Positions 36,223-45,095 of a DNA stretch of 64,000 nt are shown one piece after another. The notes under the pieces are model-generated. The model saw only the letters and a list, made by a program, of their open reading frames with translations, made no database searches and was not told the DNA's origin. The stretch comes from an uncultured Chloroflexia bacterium (GTDB lineage: Bacteria; Chloroflexota; Chloroflexia; QHBQ01; JADMIH01): positions 896,001-960,000 of the forward strand of contig CAWCNY010000006.1 of the NCBI GenBank assembly GCA_963797095.1, in the 5' to 3' direction. Both the position numbers and the translations under genes were made by a program. How positions within the stretch are numbered: position 1 is the stretch's first letter; the number at the start of each line of letters is the position of its first letter.

Positions 36223-38088
36223 TTACTTATCTTGAACCTGGGCTGCGGTTGCCGCCAATCCCGCGCGACGTAGCACCCATCCACCCAGTACCATCATGCC
36301 CGCAGCGAAGCCGAGCCACATTGGCAGGGAAGAAGGTCCAGCCCCCGTTGTCGGGCTTACCACAGGCGGTGCGCCCTGGCCGGTGGAGGGGTTGCCGCCG
36401 GCGGCCTCACTGCCGGTCGAGTCACCGCCTGAACTGGCATCAATTATGCCGTTGCCGTCATTGTCAGGGGGAGGCGCGGGAGTGGGCGCAGGGGTAGCTT
36501 GAGTCTCGACAGTTGGCTTTTGGTCGCCTGCCGAAGAATTGTCTCCGGTCCCTTTTTCAACGGTTGGGGACGGTGTCTCAGTAGGCACGGAGGTCGGGAT
36601 GGGCGCGATAGTTGCCACGTTCGTGATAACCGGCACAGGGACCGCGCCCGTAGCCTGAGCGGGTGGTACAGGCACTTCACTGGTGGTTCTAGGGTCGGGT
36701 GCGAGCGTGCTTGGTTCCGACGTGTCAACCGCCTGTGGCGCAAACGTGGTACCTACCGGATTGGGCGCTAACGATGTGCCGCCCGCGGGCGTGTTGGTAG
36801 CGCTTGGTGGCAGCGAGGGTCCTTGCACACTGGACTCGGATTGAATTGGGGCACCGCCCGCGGCCTCACCACCTTGCGATTCGGCGGTCACGTTGTTGGG
36901 CTGTAAGTCTTTCTGTTCGCCGGTCGGCGCGGGCGCGCTCTCGCTCACCTGCGCGTTTCCACGTTGCGACTCTTGCTTGGCTCCCTGGCTATCTTGCGTA
37001 TCACTTGACTGCGGGGTCTGCGAAGAAGGCATTGAGCGATGCGGCTGCTGGCCTTCGTCCTTCGATTCGCCCGAAGTGGCCCCCTTAGAAGATGTTACCT
37101 CGGTGGGGGCGGGAATGGGCGTATCCGTGTCCGGAACAGTCGTTGGGGAGGGCGGCGCGGTGGTGGCTGTAGCTGACGGAAGGGTTGTAGGCGTATCCGT
37201 CGGAGGGGGTTCAGGTGTATCTGTGGCTGCGGAGCTTGGCGTACCTTTGTGCTCAAAGCCGGGCGGCTCGGTGGTTGCGGTGGGCGGTGCGGGAGGCAGC
37301 CCTCCCCCCTTGCTACTCACAGGTGTGGCGGTGGGGATTACAGGCTGGGGGGTGTCGGTGGGCGGAGCCGGAATGGCCGTTGCCGTTGCCTGCGGCTCGC
37401 TTGTAGGTGTGGCGTCCGCGCCTGACCCATCTTGCCCGGTGGCCCATACCAGAGCTTGCCCCAACGGCCCACCGAAAACCGTGCCATAAGGCAGGTAAAC
37501 GGTAAGGTCGTTTACCGATCTGTTTGTCACCTGAAGCGCACCGCTGCCCAATGACGGGTTTTGCGTTGAGGGTGTAAGAGTGAGCGGTGCGACGCTTGCC
37601 TGCCCGGATTGAACCAGGTTCAGCAGATTTGTGCCTTCGGGTATCCAGCTTGGAATGCCTGGAGAGGTAACGGCGGCCTCACCAATTCGTTCGGCAGTTG
37701 CATGGTTGCTCGACTGCCAGTTGCTGTCCTGCACCCACCATATCGCCAGCGCCACCTGGTACGGTTCGCTCTCCGCATAGCCCCAGTCGATGCCGTAGTA
37801 GAGGGCTGTGCGTACCCTGTCCGCCGCCAGCGGTTGCGAAGCCAGGGGAAGAGACCCGGCGCTCAGATTGGTGCCGGGACTCAGAGAAATAGCCTGAACG
37901 GTGATTGTGCCGGTGCCGCCCGCCGGTATGGTTACCGAGTAGCCTGGCACCGAGTGGAGTGGGGCTGCCGATCCGGCACTTGCCGGTGAGCCAAGAACGA
38001 ACGCTATACAAATGACGCAAGCCACCAAAAACTGTAGCGGAATTGTGAGAAACCGGGGCTTTTGCAACGTTGGCCTACCTTTCAGCAA
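36223..38088 (-). CDS. Secreted P/T/S-rich surface protein with sortase-like sorting signal
   Basis: Signal peptide, globular N-domain, long PT/S-rich stalk, C-terminal SPTTG + TM + RR. Confidence 0.75.
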   Translation of the reverse strand: MLKGRPTLQKPRFLTIPLQFLVACVICIAFVLGSPASAGSAAPLHSVPGYSVTIPAGGTGTITVQAISLSPGTNLSAGSLPLASQPLAADRVRTALYYGIDWGYAESEPYQVALAIWWVQDSNWQSSNHATAERIGEAAVTSPGIPSWIPEGTNLLNLVQSGQASVAPLTLTPSTQNPSLGSGALQVTNRSVNDLTVYLPYGTVFGGPLGQALVWATGQDGSGADATPTSEPQATATAIPAPPTDTPQPVIPTATPVSSKGGGLPPAPPTATTEPPGFEHKGTPSSAATDTPEPPPTDTPTTLPSATATTAPPSPTTVPDTDTPIPAPTEVTSSKGATSGESKDEGQQPHRSMPSSQTPQSSDTQDSQGAKQESQRGNAQVSESAPAPTGEQKDLQPNNVTAESQGGEAAGGAPIQSESSVQGPSLPPSATNTPAGGTSLAPNPVGTTFAPQAVDTSEPSTLAPDPRTTSEVPVPPAQATGAVPVPVITNVATIAPIPTSVPTETPSPTVEKGTGDNSSAGDQKPTVETQATPAPTPAPPPDNDGNGIIDASSGGDSTGSEAAGGNPSTGQGAPPVVSPTTGAGPSSLPMWLGFAAGMMVLGGWVLRRAGLAATAAQVQDK

Positions 38089-38200
38089 GAGAAATGCGCC
38101 ACTTGAGTATACACTCCGCCTGTCTCATTTGCAAGGAAAATGGACCATCGTCGCTGGCAGCCACGGCAAGAGCAGACACCCAAGAAATGGGGTCTGCGAT

Positions 38201-38229
38201 TTGATTCCGGGGCTGATTTGTGATATATT
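38201..38229 (+). promoter_or_regulatory. Sigma70-type promoter of the rpoA-like gene
   Basis: TTGATT-17 bp-TATATT with extended -10 TG (38221-38222). Confidence 0.6.
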
Positions 38230-38294
38230 ATAAGGTCGAAGGTGAATCTTCATGCCTTGCGATGTCTGTTTTGATTATCCCTGGGGGTGCTTCT

Positions 38295-39302
38295 TTGTTT
38301 GATGTAAATTTGCCTGAAATAACGCGCGACACCGGCGGTCACAACTACAGCCGCTACCGTATCGAACCTCTCCAACCCGGTTGGGGCACTACGCTTGGCG
38401 CGAGTTTGCGCCGTATCATGATTTCCTCCTTGCGAGGAGTTGCAGTTACCGGCCTTCGGTTGGCCGAATTGCCCGATGATCCCAGCGAGATCGCCGGGAT
38501 CGAAGAGAACCTGATAGACCTTGTCTTGAACGTCAAGCAGTTGCGCTTCCGCTACTCCGGCGATGGGAGCGCGGCCCAGGCGAACGATCAGTACCATATT
38601 GCTCTCAGCTACCCGAACGAAGAGGCTGGAGAGATAACAGGTGAGTACCTGGAACTGCCTGAGGACATTGAGCTTACCAACCCGGAGCTGGTGATTGCCA
38701 CGGGCACCGGTGGCGGCACGCCCTTTGAGCTTGAACTGCTGGTAGAGACCGGGATCGGGTATGAGACAGCCGAGAACCGTCTGAGCATCCCTGACGATAT
38801 GATCCCCGTGGATGCGATGTATACGCCCATCCCCCGCGTGAACTATGTCGTGGAGCACACCCGCGTGGGCCAGATGACCGACTATGATCGCCTGTTGCTC
38901 GAAGTGTGGACCGACGGCACGATCCAGCCCGACGATGCTGTGAGCCAGGCAGCGCGCATCCTTACGCAGTACGCAACCTCGGTGGCGACCTATGGCCGCG
39001 ATATGGCAGACCTCGGTATCGAGGAACCGCCCGCGCCCGTAGAGGACGACACCAACCGCTCTATCGAGGTGCTCAACCTGAGCATGAGAACCACCAACGC
39101 GCTAAAACGCGCCAACATCACCACCATTGCCCAGGTGCTATCACTGACCGATAACGATTTGCTCCACCTTCGCAACTTTGGTGCCAAGTCGCTTGACGAG
39201 TTGCGCGATGCCCTCACGGCCCACGGCTACGGTCCTAAACTCGATGCCGCCTCAGGCGAAGATGAAGGCGAAGAGGAAGACACAGACGTAGACGAAAGCT
39301 AG
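38295..39302 (+). CDS. rpoA: DNA-directed RNA polymerase subunit alpha (stand-alone, divergent copy)
   Basis: IEPLQPGWGTTLGASLRR, IPVDAMYTPI, TRVGQMTDYDRLLLEVWTDG, alphaCTD LSMRTTNALKRANI...RNFGAKS. TTG start after GGGGGTG (ATG 38262 is an alternative). Confidence 0.93.
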   Translation: MFDVNLPEITRDTGGHNYSRYRIEPLQPGWGTTLGASLRRIMISSLRGVAVTGLRLAELPDDPSEIAGIEENLIDLVLNVKQLRFRYSGDGSAAQANDQYHIALSYPNEEAGEITGEYLELPEDIELTNPELVIATGTGGGTPFELELLVETGIGYETAENRLSIPDDMIPVDAMYTPIPRVNYVVEHTRVGQMTDYDRLLLEVWTDGTIQPDDAVSQAARILTQYATSVATYGRDMADLGIEEPPAPVEDDTNRSIEVLNLSMRTTNALKRANITTIAQVLSLTDNDLLHLRNFGAKSLDELRDALTAHGYGPKLDAASGEDEGEEEDTDVDES

Positions 39303-39321
39303 CACGCGAATATGCAAAGAC

Positions 39322-39354
39322 AGACCCAGGCCACTACGGCCCGGGTCTTTTTTT
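39322..39354 (+). terminator. Rho-independent terminator after rpoA
   Basis: AGACCC-AGGCC-loop-GGCC-CGGGTCT followed by a T-run. Confidence 0.75.
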
Positions 39355-40672
39355 AGCGTCTGCGCCCACCCGGTATTCCGGCCATCGTGATAGAGGCCAG
39401 CACCATACATACCGCAGCTATGATAAACACCCCTCTGTAAGACTGTGTGGCATCGACCAGTATGCCTGCCAGCAACGCGCCTGCCGGTTGGGCAACCGAC
39501 CATACCATGTTGGCGTAACCCATAAAGGTTCCTGCCTGGTGCTTGGGAACCAGATCTGCCAGCAGCGAGAGGTATAGTGCCGTAGGGGCGGCATTGCCCA
39601 GCCCCACCAGCACCATGACAATTATAGCCATCGTCATGTCGTGTATCTGCGATCCAACCAGCGCAGCTATCGCAAAGAGAAAGAGCGCCGGCTGTAGCAC
39701 CTGCTTGCGCCCGATCTTATCGCCAAGCCAGCCGCAAAGCAATGCGCCCACAGAAGTGGCGATTATCAGCACAAGCAATAGTACGAAGGATGTGTCCTCG
39801 GAGATGCCAAGCTCATTGACCCCGAACCGTGTGATGAAGGGGGCTGCGGCTCCAGCGCCCAACCAGTAGATGCCCATCGCCACGATATATACCACCAGAG
39901 GTCGCTCTTGCAGGAGCGCTGATACCGAGGCCCGCACTCCGGTGTGTTCTGAGTGGGTAATTGCCTGCTGGCGAGATTCGCGTACACCAAACGCCACTAC
40001 TACCAGCGTCAGGGCAACCAGCAAGCCCGTGATCAGGAATACCCAGCCGCGGGCCGTGTCCCAAAGGGTGATCGACATGAGCACAAACGCGAGTGCTCCC
40101 ACTACTCCCGCGATGGCGATCAGGCCGCCGATCCTTCCTCGCTGAGCATATGGAGTGATATCAGCGAGGAGAGCCGAATAGGGGCCAAGCGCAACGAAGA
40201 GCGCCACACCCGCTAATGTGACGGTCGCGATCATCACCCAGAAGGGGGGTTGCAGCCCGAGAATGGCTACGCAAATGGCTGCGCCCACGCCGCCAGCCAG
40301 CAGATAAGGGCCCCGCTTGCCGATGCGGGTGCTTGTTCTGTCGCTCAGGTGCCCTACGAACGGCTGGATCAGCCCACCGAAAAGAGAGCGCTCATTGGTC
40401 AGCAGAGCCACTATAGTGGCCGGGATCGCGCCACCGGGGTTGAGGAAGGCGGGCAGGCCGGTAGGCATGGTGTATGCAAGGAGAAAAAGGGGCAGGGCAT
40501 TGTTCATCATGGTGAACACTAGCCCGCCCGCTATCCCGCCCATTGCGTACAGGAGTGATTGAGAAAGGCCCAGGGGTGTGATATGGTGTATATCAGCCGG
40601 GGCCGTGATTTCCAGTTCCATCTCTCTGGCCAGCTCTTCGCCGGCCAGCATTGACGTTTCTTCAGCTTGCAC
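39353..40672 (-). CDS. MFS transporter
   Basis: GHLSDRT...GKRGPY and GWLGDKIGRK loop motifs, about 12 TM helices. Confidence 0.9.
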   Translation of the reverse strand: MQAEETSMLAGEELAREMELEITAPADIHHITPLGLSQSLLYAMGGIAGGLVFTMMNNALPLFLLAYTMPTGLPAFLNPGGAIPATIVALLTNERSLFGGLIQPFVGHLSDRTSTRIGKRGPYLLAGGVGAAICVAILGLQPPFWVMIATVTLAGVALFVALGPYSALLADITPYAQRGRIGGLIAIAGVVGALAFVLMSITLWDTARGWVFLITGLLVALTLVVVAFGVRESRQQAITHSEHTGVRASVSALLQERPLVVYIVAMGIYWLGAGAAAPFITRFGVNELGISEDTSFVLLLVLIIATSVGALLCGWLGDKIGRKQVLQPALFLFAIAALVGSQIHDMTMAIIVMVLVGLGNAAPTALYLSLLADLVPKHQAGTFMGYANMVWSVAQPAGALLAGILVDATQSYRGVFIIAAVCMVLASITMAGIPGGRRR

Positions 40673-40704
40673 CTTGAAAGTATACCAGAGATGGCATTAC
40701 TTTC

Positions 40705-41451
40705 TTACCTGTACATACCGCGCATGCTGTTGAGCCTGATCTTCAGCAGGCCGAGGAAAGCGCGTGTGGCATCGCGTATCACGCGCACCTTGGTGCCGCG
40801 CTCGTCATGCCAGTGCACAGGCACTTCCTTGATGCGCAATCCGTGCTTCTGCGCGACAAACAACACCTCCGCGTCAAAGCTCCAATCGTCGATGATGGAG
40901 CGCGAGAAAAGCTCTTGCGCGGCGGCGTGGGTGAAACACTTGAACCCACATGTTATATCTGAAATGCCTCGCGTGGCGATCCTGTTGGTCAGCCATGTGA
41001 ACACCTTGCCCATACTCTCGCGCCAGAGGGGTTGATGGCGCTCCAGCACCGCGCCCTTCATTTTTCTGGAGCCGATCACAACATCGTAACCTTCGTCAAA
41101 CCAGTGCCAGAATTTGGCGATTTCGTCAGGCGGGGTGGACAGATCCGCATCGGTGAACAGCACAACCTCGCCCCTGGCTGCCAGCATACCCACCTTCAGC
41201 GCGTGCCCTTTGCCCCTGTTCGGGCTTTCCTCAAGCACACGCACATCCTCGCCGCTCCCCAGCAGTTCGCGCGATAGTTGTGCCGAGTCATCGGTCGAGC
41301 CATCGTCCACGACGACAAATTCAACACTGTACTTCTGACCCCGAAAATAATCGGCAAGCAGGGGCAGTGTGCGCCGCATTCGTCTAGCCTCGTTGTAGAT
41401 CGGCACCACTACCGATAATCTTGGACTGGTTGCGTCAAGCTTATTGCTCAC
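40705..41451 (-). CDS. GT2 polyprenyl-phosphate glycosyltransferase (dolichyl-phosphate beta-glucosyltransferase-like)
   Basis: SVVVPIYNE, VVDDGSTD, NRGKG, FTDAD, DITCGFK, FDAEVL. Confidence 0.9.
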   Translation of the reverse strand: MSNKLDATSPRLSVVVPIYNEARRMRRTLPLLADYFRGQKYSVEFVVVDDGSTDDSAQLSRELLGSGEDVRVLEESPNRGKGHALKVGMLAARGEVVLFTDADLSTPPDEIAKFWHWFDEGYDVVIGSRKMKGAVLERHQPLWRESMGKVFTWLTNRIATRGISDITCGFKCFTHAAAQELFSRSIIDDWSFDAEVLFVAQKHGLRIKEVPVHWHDERGTKVRVIRDATRAFLGLLKIRLNSMRGMYR

Positions 41452-41485
41452 AGTTTGTGAGTTCCTTTGTCACGGAATTAACCCC

Positions 41486-42724
41486 TTACCCTTGGATGAC
41501 CTCTGCAACCTTGTCAGCATCTGCGAGAGCTGTCTTCCTGGCGATGGCTGCCAACTCGGCAATCCGGCGGGACTCCTCTTCACGTGCAGCCCATAGTTCT
41601 CTCAACTTCGCTTTCATTTCTTCGGGGTCCGGTTGCTGCCGCTCAATTTCGATAACCCAGTGGTCGAGATCAAGCTCCTCCATGAAGCCTCGCACTTTGT
41701 GCGCGTAAGATAGAGCGATCATCGGCACGGCCTGCGCCGCCGCGAATATGAGGGCGTGCAGCCTCATGCTCACCAGCAGATCGGCCTTGCCCACATAGCC
41801 TGAGAACTTGCCCGGAGTATGCTCCAGCTTCGCGTAGATTATCATTTCCTGTGGCACTCCCATCGCCAGAGCCGCCTTCCCCACGACGGCCAGCATCTCT
41901 TCATCGCGGTCGGGCCAGAGGGGTAGCAGCACCGCTCGCGCCCCGAATTCCTCAACCGCTACCTTGATAGAGCCTGCCACCCCCTCCACCAACCTTTCGA
42001 GGCGGCCCGGCTCCTGTCTCCACTCGGTGCCCAGCCTGTGCCGCAGGCTTACCGGCAATAGATAGTGAAGCCCCAACCCCGGCCTGTTGGCAGGTAGATG
42101 CCGCACGCAGAAGATCACCACAGGTTTGCCATCGCCAGGCCAGTTGTCCTCCCCCAGTTCGGGTTTGAGCAAGATGGCGGGGTCTGCCGTTACCTTCACC
42201 CTGTGGGGAGGCACCCCGGCGCCCACCAGCAGCCGCTTCGAGGCCACATCGCGGACGCTGAAGTAATCCGCAGATCGGCAAATGAAGCGCGCCAGCAACC
42301 TGCCGAGCAGTGTCCAGAGCGGTTCCGCACCGAGGCCCCAACCGATCACCTTCAGGCCGAGCAACTTCGCCAGTGCTATATGCACCGCATAAATAGGGAG
42401 ATTGTACACACTCGTGCCGTCCTGAATAAGGCCTCCTCCCCCCAATATGAGAGCTTTGGCCCCGGCCAGGGCGCGGATCGTGCCTCGATTGAAGGGGTTG
42501 CGCGGCACGCTTGGAACTCCGAGCCGCCCGCCCGTCTTGCCGGGGTTGGTCGATATGGCTACCAGGTCATCGAAGCCGCGCTCTCTGAGGCTCTCGATGA
42601 TTACCTGCACAAGCGCCTCATCCCCCGTGTTGTTGCTCCCATACCACCCCAGGATCACTATTCGTTTGCGCTCGCTACTCGCTACTTTCTTTCCCCCCCA
42701 CTTGCTCGCCGCGTGCCTGGGCAA
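41486..42724 (-). CDS. Polysaccharide pyruvyl transferase (CsaB-like)
   Basis: GWYGSNNTGDEA, LGGGGLIQD, SVRD, TADP, SMRLHALI, SYAHKV. Confidence 0.88.
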   Translation of the reverse strand: MPRHAASKWGGKKVASSERKRIVILGWYGSNNTGDEALVQVIIESLRERGFDDLVAISTNPGKTGGRLGVPSVPRNPFNRGTIRALAGAKALILGGGGLIQDGTSVYNLPIYAVHIALAKLLGLKVIGWGLGAEPLWTLLGRLLARFICRSADYFSVRDVASKRLLVGAGVPPHRVKVTADPAILLKPELGEDNWPGDGKPVVIFCVRHLPANRPGLGLHYLLPVSLRHRLGTEWRQEPGRLERLVEGVAGSIKVAVEEFGARAVLLPLWPDRDEEMLAVVGKAALAMGVPQEMIIYAKLEHTPGKFSGYVGKADLLVSMRLHALIFAAAQAVPMIALSYAHKVRGFMEELDLDHWVIEIERQQPDPEEMKAKLRELWAAREEESRRIAELAAIARKTALADADKVAEVIQG

Positions 42725-43802
42725 TTCGCATGAACACTTGCAGGTAGCGGCGGGCGATTATGTCCCATGAGTACCGGCTGCGGACGAATTCGCGGGCCTG
42801 CTTGCCTAGCTCGGCGCGACGCTCGTCATCGGCAAGCAGGTCGAGTATCGTAGTTACGTATGTGTCGGTGTCCAGGGGGTCGATCAATATGCCGTTCTGG
42901 CCGGGCACTATGGCTTCCGGTATGCCATCCAGTTTGGAAGCCACCACATAGCGTCCCGCTGCCGCCGCTTCCAGGGCCACCAGGCCGAAGCCCTCTATAT
43001 CGTTTTGCACGGGAATATTAGGCATGATGAAAAGGTCGGCCACACTATAGGCTGCCCTCAGCGTATCGTCGTCCACTCTTCCCAGCAAGGCCACGTGGTT
43101 GCCCAGGTGCAGGGAGGCTATGCGTGTCTCGATCAGGTCGCGTTGCGGCCCTTCACCCACGATTAGGTAGGAAATATCATCGCGCTGCGCCAGCAGCCTC
43201 GGCATGATCTCGGTCAGGAAGTGCACTACACCCTTGCGCTCGATCAGCCTACCTACGGTGAGCAGCACTTTGCGGCCCCGGACCATCTTGCCCGCGTGGT
43301 TCTGAATATTGCGCATCCCAGCCGACGTGAACTGGTCGGCGAACTCCACCATATTGACCCCGTTTGGAATTACCTCGCACAGCGCCGCCGGAACGCCACG
43401 CCTGATGCACTGGGTGCGCGTGTAGCTGCTCACGCAGATGATTTTGTCAATGCGCCTGAGGCAGCGCGGGATCAGCCACTGGTAGAACCGGTTGTCGTAA
43501 GTAATATCGAGGCCATGCACGGTTACTACCACAGGCACGCGCAGGAGGGTGCGTAGGGCCAACCCAAGAGGGGCGAGCAATGCATCCGACAGGTGGATCA
43601 GTTTGATGTGATTCGACCGGGGCACGGTGAGCACCGCGCGCAGGAAGGCGTACACAACGAAGAACGGCACGAACAGCGTCGAGCCGCCCCAGTAGATCGT
43701 CGAGGTTGGTGTGAGACGCCCGGTCTCCTTGGTCAGGCTCTGGCTCAACTTCTGCATCCCGCCCACCGAAGGCGGGTGCTTTCGTGTAATGAAAAGTATC
43801 AT
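42675..43802 (-). CDS. GT4 family glycosyltransferase
   Basis: PPSVGGM, TVHGLD, IPNGV, VGRLIERKG, EGFGLVALEA. Confidence 0.92.
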   Translation of the reverse strand: MILFITRKHPPSVGGMQKLSQSLTKETGRLTPTSTIYWGGSTLFVPFFVVYAFLRAVLTVPRSNHIKLIHLSDALLAPLGLALRTLLRVPVVVTVHGLDITYDNRFYQWLIPRCLRRIDKIICVSSYTRTQCIRRGVPAALCEVIPNGVNMVEFADQFTSAGMRNIQNHAGKMVRGRKVLLTVGRLIERKGVVHFLTEIMPRLLAQRDDISYLIVGEGPQRDLIETRIASLHLGNHVALLGRVDDDTLRAAYSVADLFIMPNIPVQNDIEGFGLVALEAAAAGRYVVASKLDGIPEAIVPGQNGILIDPLDTDTYVTTILDLLADDERRAELGKQAREFVRSRYSWDIIARRYLQVFMRIAQARGEQVGGKESSE

Positions 43803-43962
43803 TCGTTCTCTGCGAGCAAGCTCATGCGGATTGCTCCGTTTATTTTACCTTATGAGCGCAAATCCACAGAGGCAACTGTATTGCGTATTGCGTACTTCGT
43901 ACTGCTTATTTTTGTTTGCTTGAACATTTACGCAATACGCAATACGAAGTACGCAGTATGTA

Positions 43963-44988
43963 CTATAGCCTCGTGCTGATCGCCCCCCATATGCCGATGC
44001 CTATCAGCGACCAGAGCCTTGCCAGCAGGGCGGCGGCTGTCGCCGCGGGTGCGGGCACGCCGAGCACCGCCAGCAGCGTCACGATGATGAACTCCCTCAC
44101 GCCCAACCCCTGCGGCACGAAGATCGCCATGTAACCGCCCACCCACGCCACAGTAAATATGCCTGTGACCACCGGCAGGTAAAGAAGGGAAATATCGGGG
44201 TAGACGGCGGCCAGCAGCATGTAGAAGATCGCGCCGAAGGCCAGCCAGTTGAGCGCGAAAGGAATTGTTATTCGTACCACGTCTGCCGTCGACAGGCGCA
44301 CTCCCAGCGGCTTTCGCCCGAACCTGACCAGCAGCCAATCCACCAATCTGAAGAAGATGTCAGGTCGCCACACGGCGGCGATAATGCCTATGGCGGCTGG
44401 TATCACGGCCCACAAAGGCGGGTCGGGCCATGCCGCCAGGCTCAGACTTGCAACCGCTATCGCCCCTAGCAGGTTAAGAGCCGACTCGATCACCACGCTC
44501 ACCGCCGTCATTAGCTTGGGCACTCCTGCCTGCTCGGCCAGGTACACACGGCTGACCGCGTGCCACATAGAGCCTGGGAGGAACCCCGCCAGCGACGAAT
44601 AATAGACCATCCTCACGCTCTTGCGGAAGGGGAGAGGGTAGCCAAGCCACCTCATGATCTGCCACCACGACCACACCGGCAACGGCCCACGTGCCACCAG
44701 CAGCAGGAACGCCAGCACCAGCCAGCCCGGCTCCAGCCTCCACTCATATGATGCGAACTTGGGTCCCAGGTCATACAGCGCCAGCCCGAAGAAGATCAGC
44801 ACCAGCGCGGTGATCGCCACCTGCGCCCACCTGCGCACTCGCGCATCCGCGATCCAGCGCCTTACTCCATCTATACTCCTGGCTTTCAACTTCCACGTCC
44901 TGGCGTGGGTCTTGCTGTACAAATACGACGGCGCATGTACCAAGTATATCATCTTGCACACGTACATTCGCGCTTGTAGCCCTTTCAC
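43963..44988 (-). CDS. UPF0104/LPG-synthase-TM family flippase-like membrane protein
   Basis: FLPGSMW...R, PQGLGVRE, multiple TM helices. Start uncertain. Confidence 0.8.
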   Translation of the reverse strand: MKGLQARMYVCKMIYLVHAPSYLYSKTHARTWKLKARSIDGVRRWIADARVRRWAQVAITALVLIFFGLALYDLGPKFASYEWRLEPGWLVLAFLLLVARGPLPVWSWWQIMRWLGYPLPFRKSVRMVYYSSLAGFLPGSMWHAVSRVYLAEQAGVPKLMTAVSVVIESALNLLGAIAVASLSLAAWPDPPLWAVIPAAIGIIAAVWRPDIFFRLVDWLLVRFGRKPLGVRLSTADVVRITIPFALNWLAFGAIFYMLLAAVYPDISLLYLPVVTGIFTVAWVGGYMAIFVPQGLGVREFIIVTLLAVLGVPAPAATAAALLARLWSLIGIGIWGAISTRL

Positions 44989-45095
44989 CTCTGTGCTATA
45001 CTTCCCGTTGCCCCATTTTCCAATTCTATTTCACGGGCACCAATTGTTTCTTACGGAATAATTTCGTCTTGCCAATATTTTCCTGGGAGGCTCCA

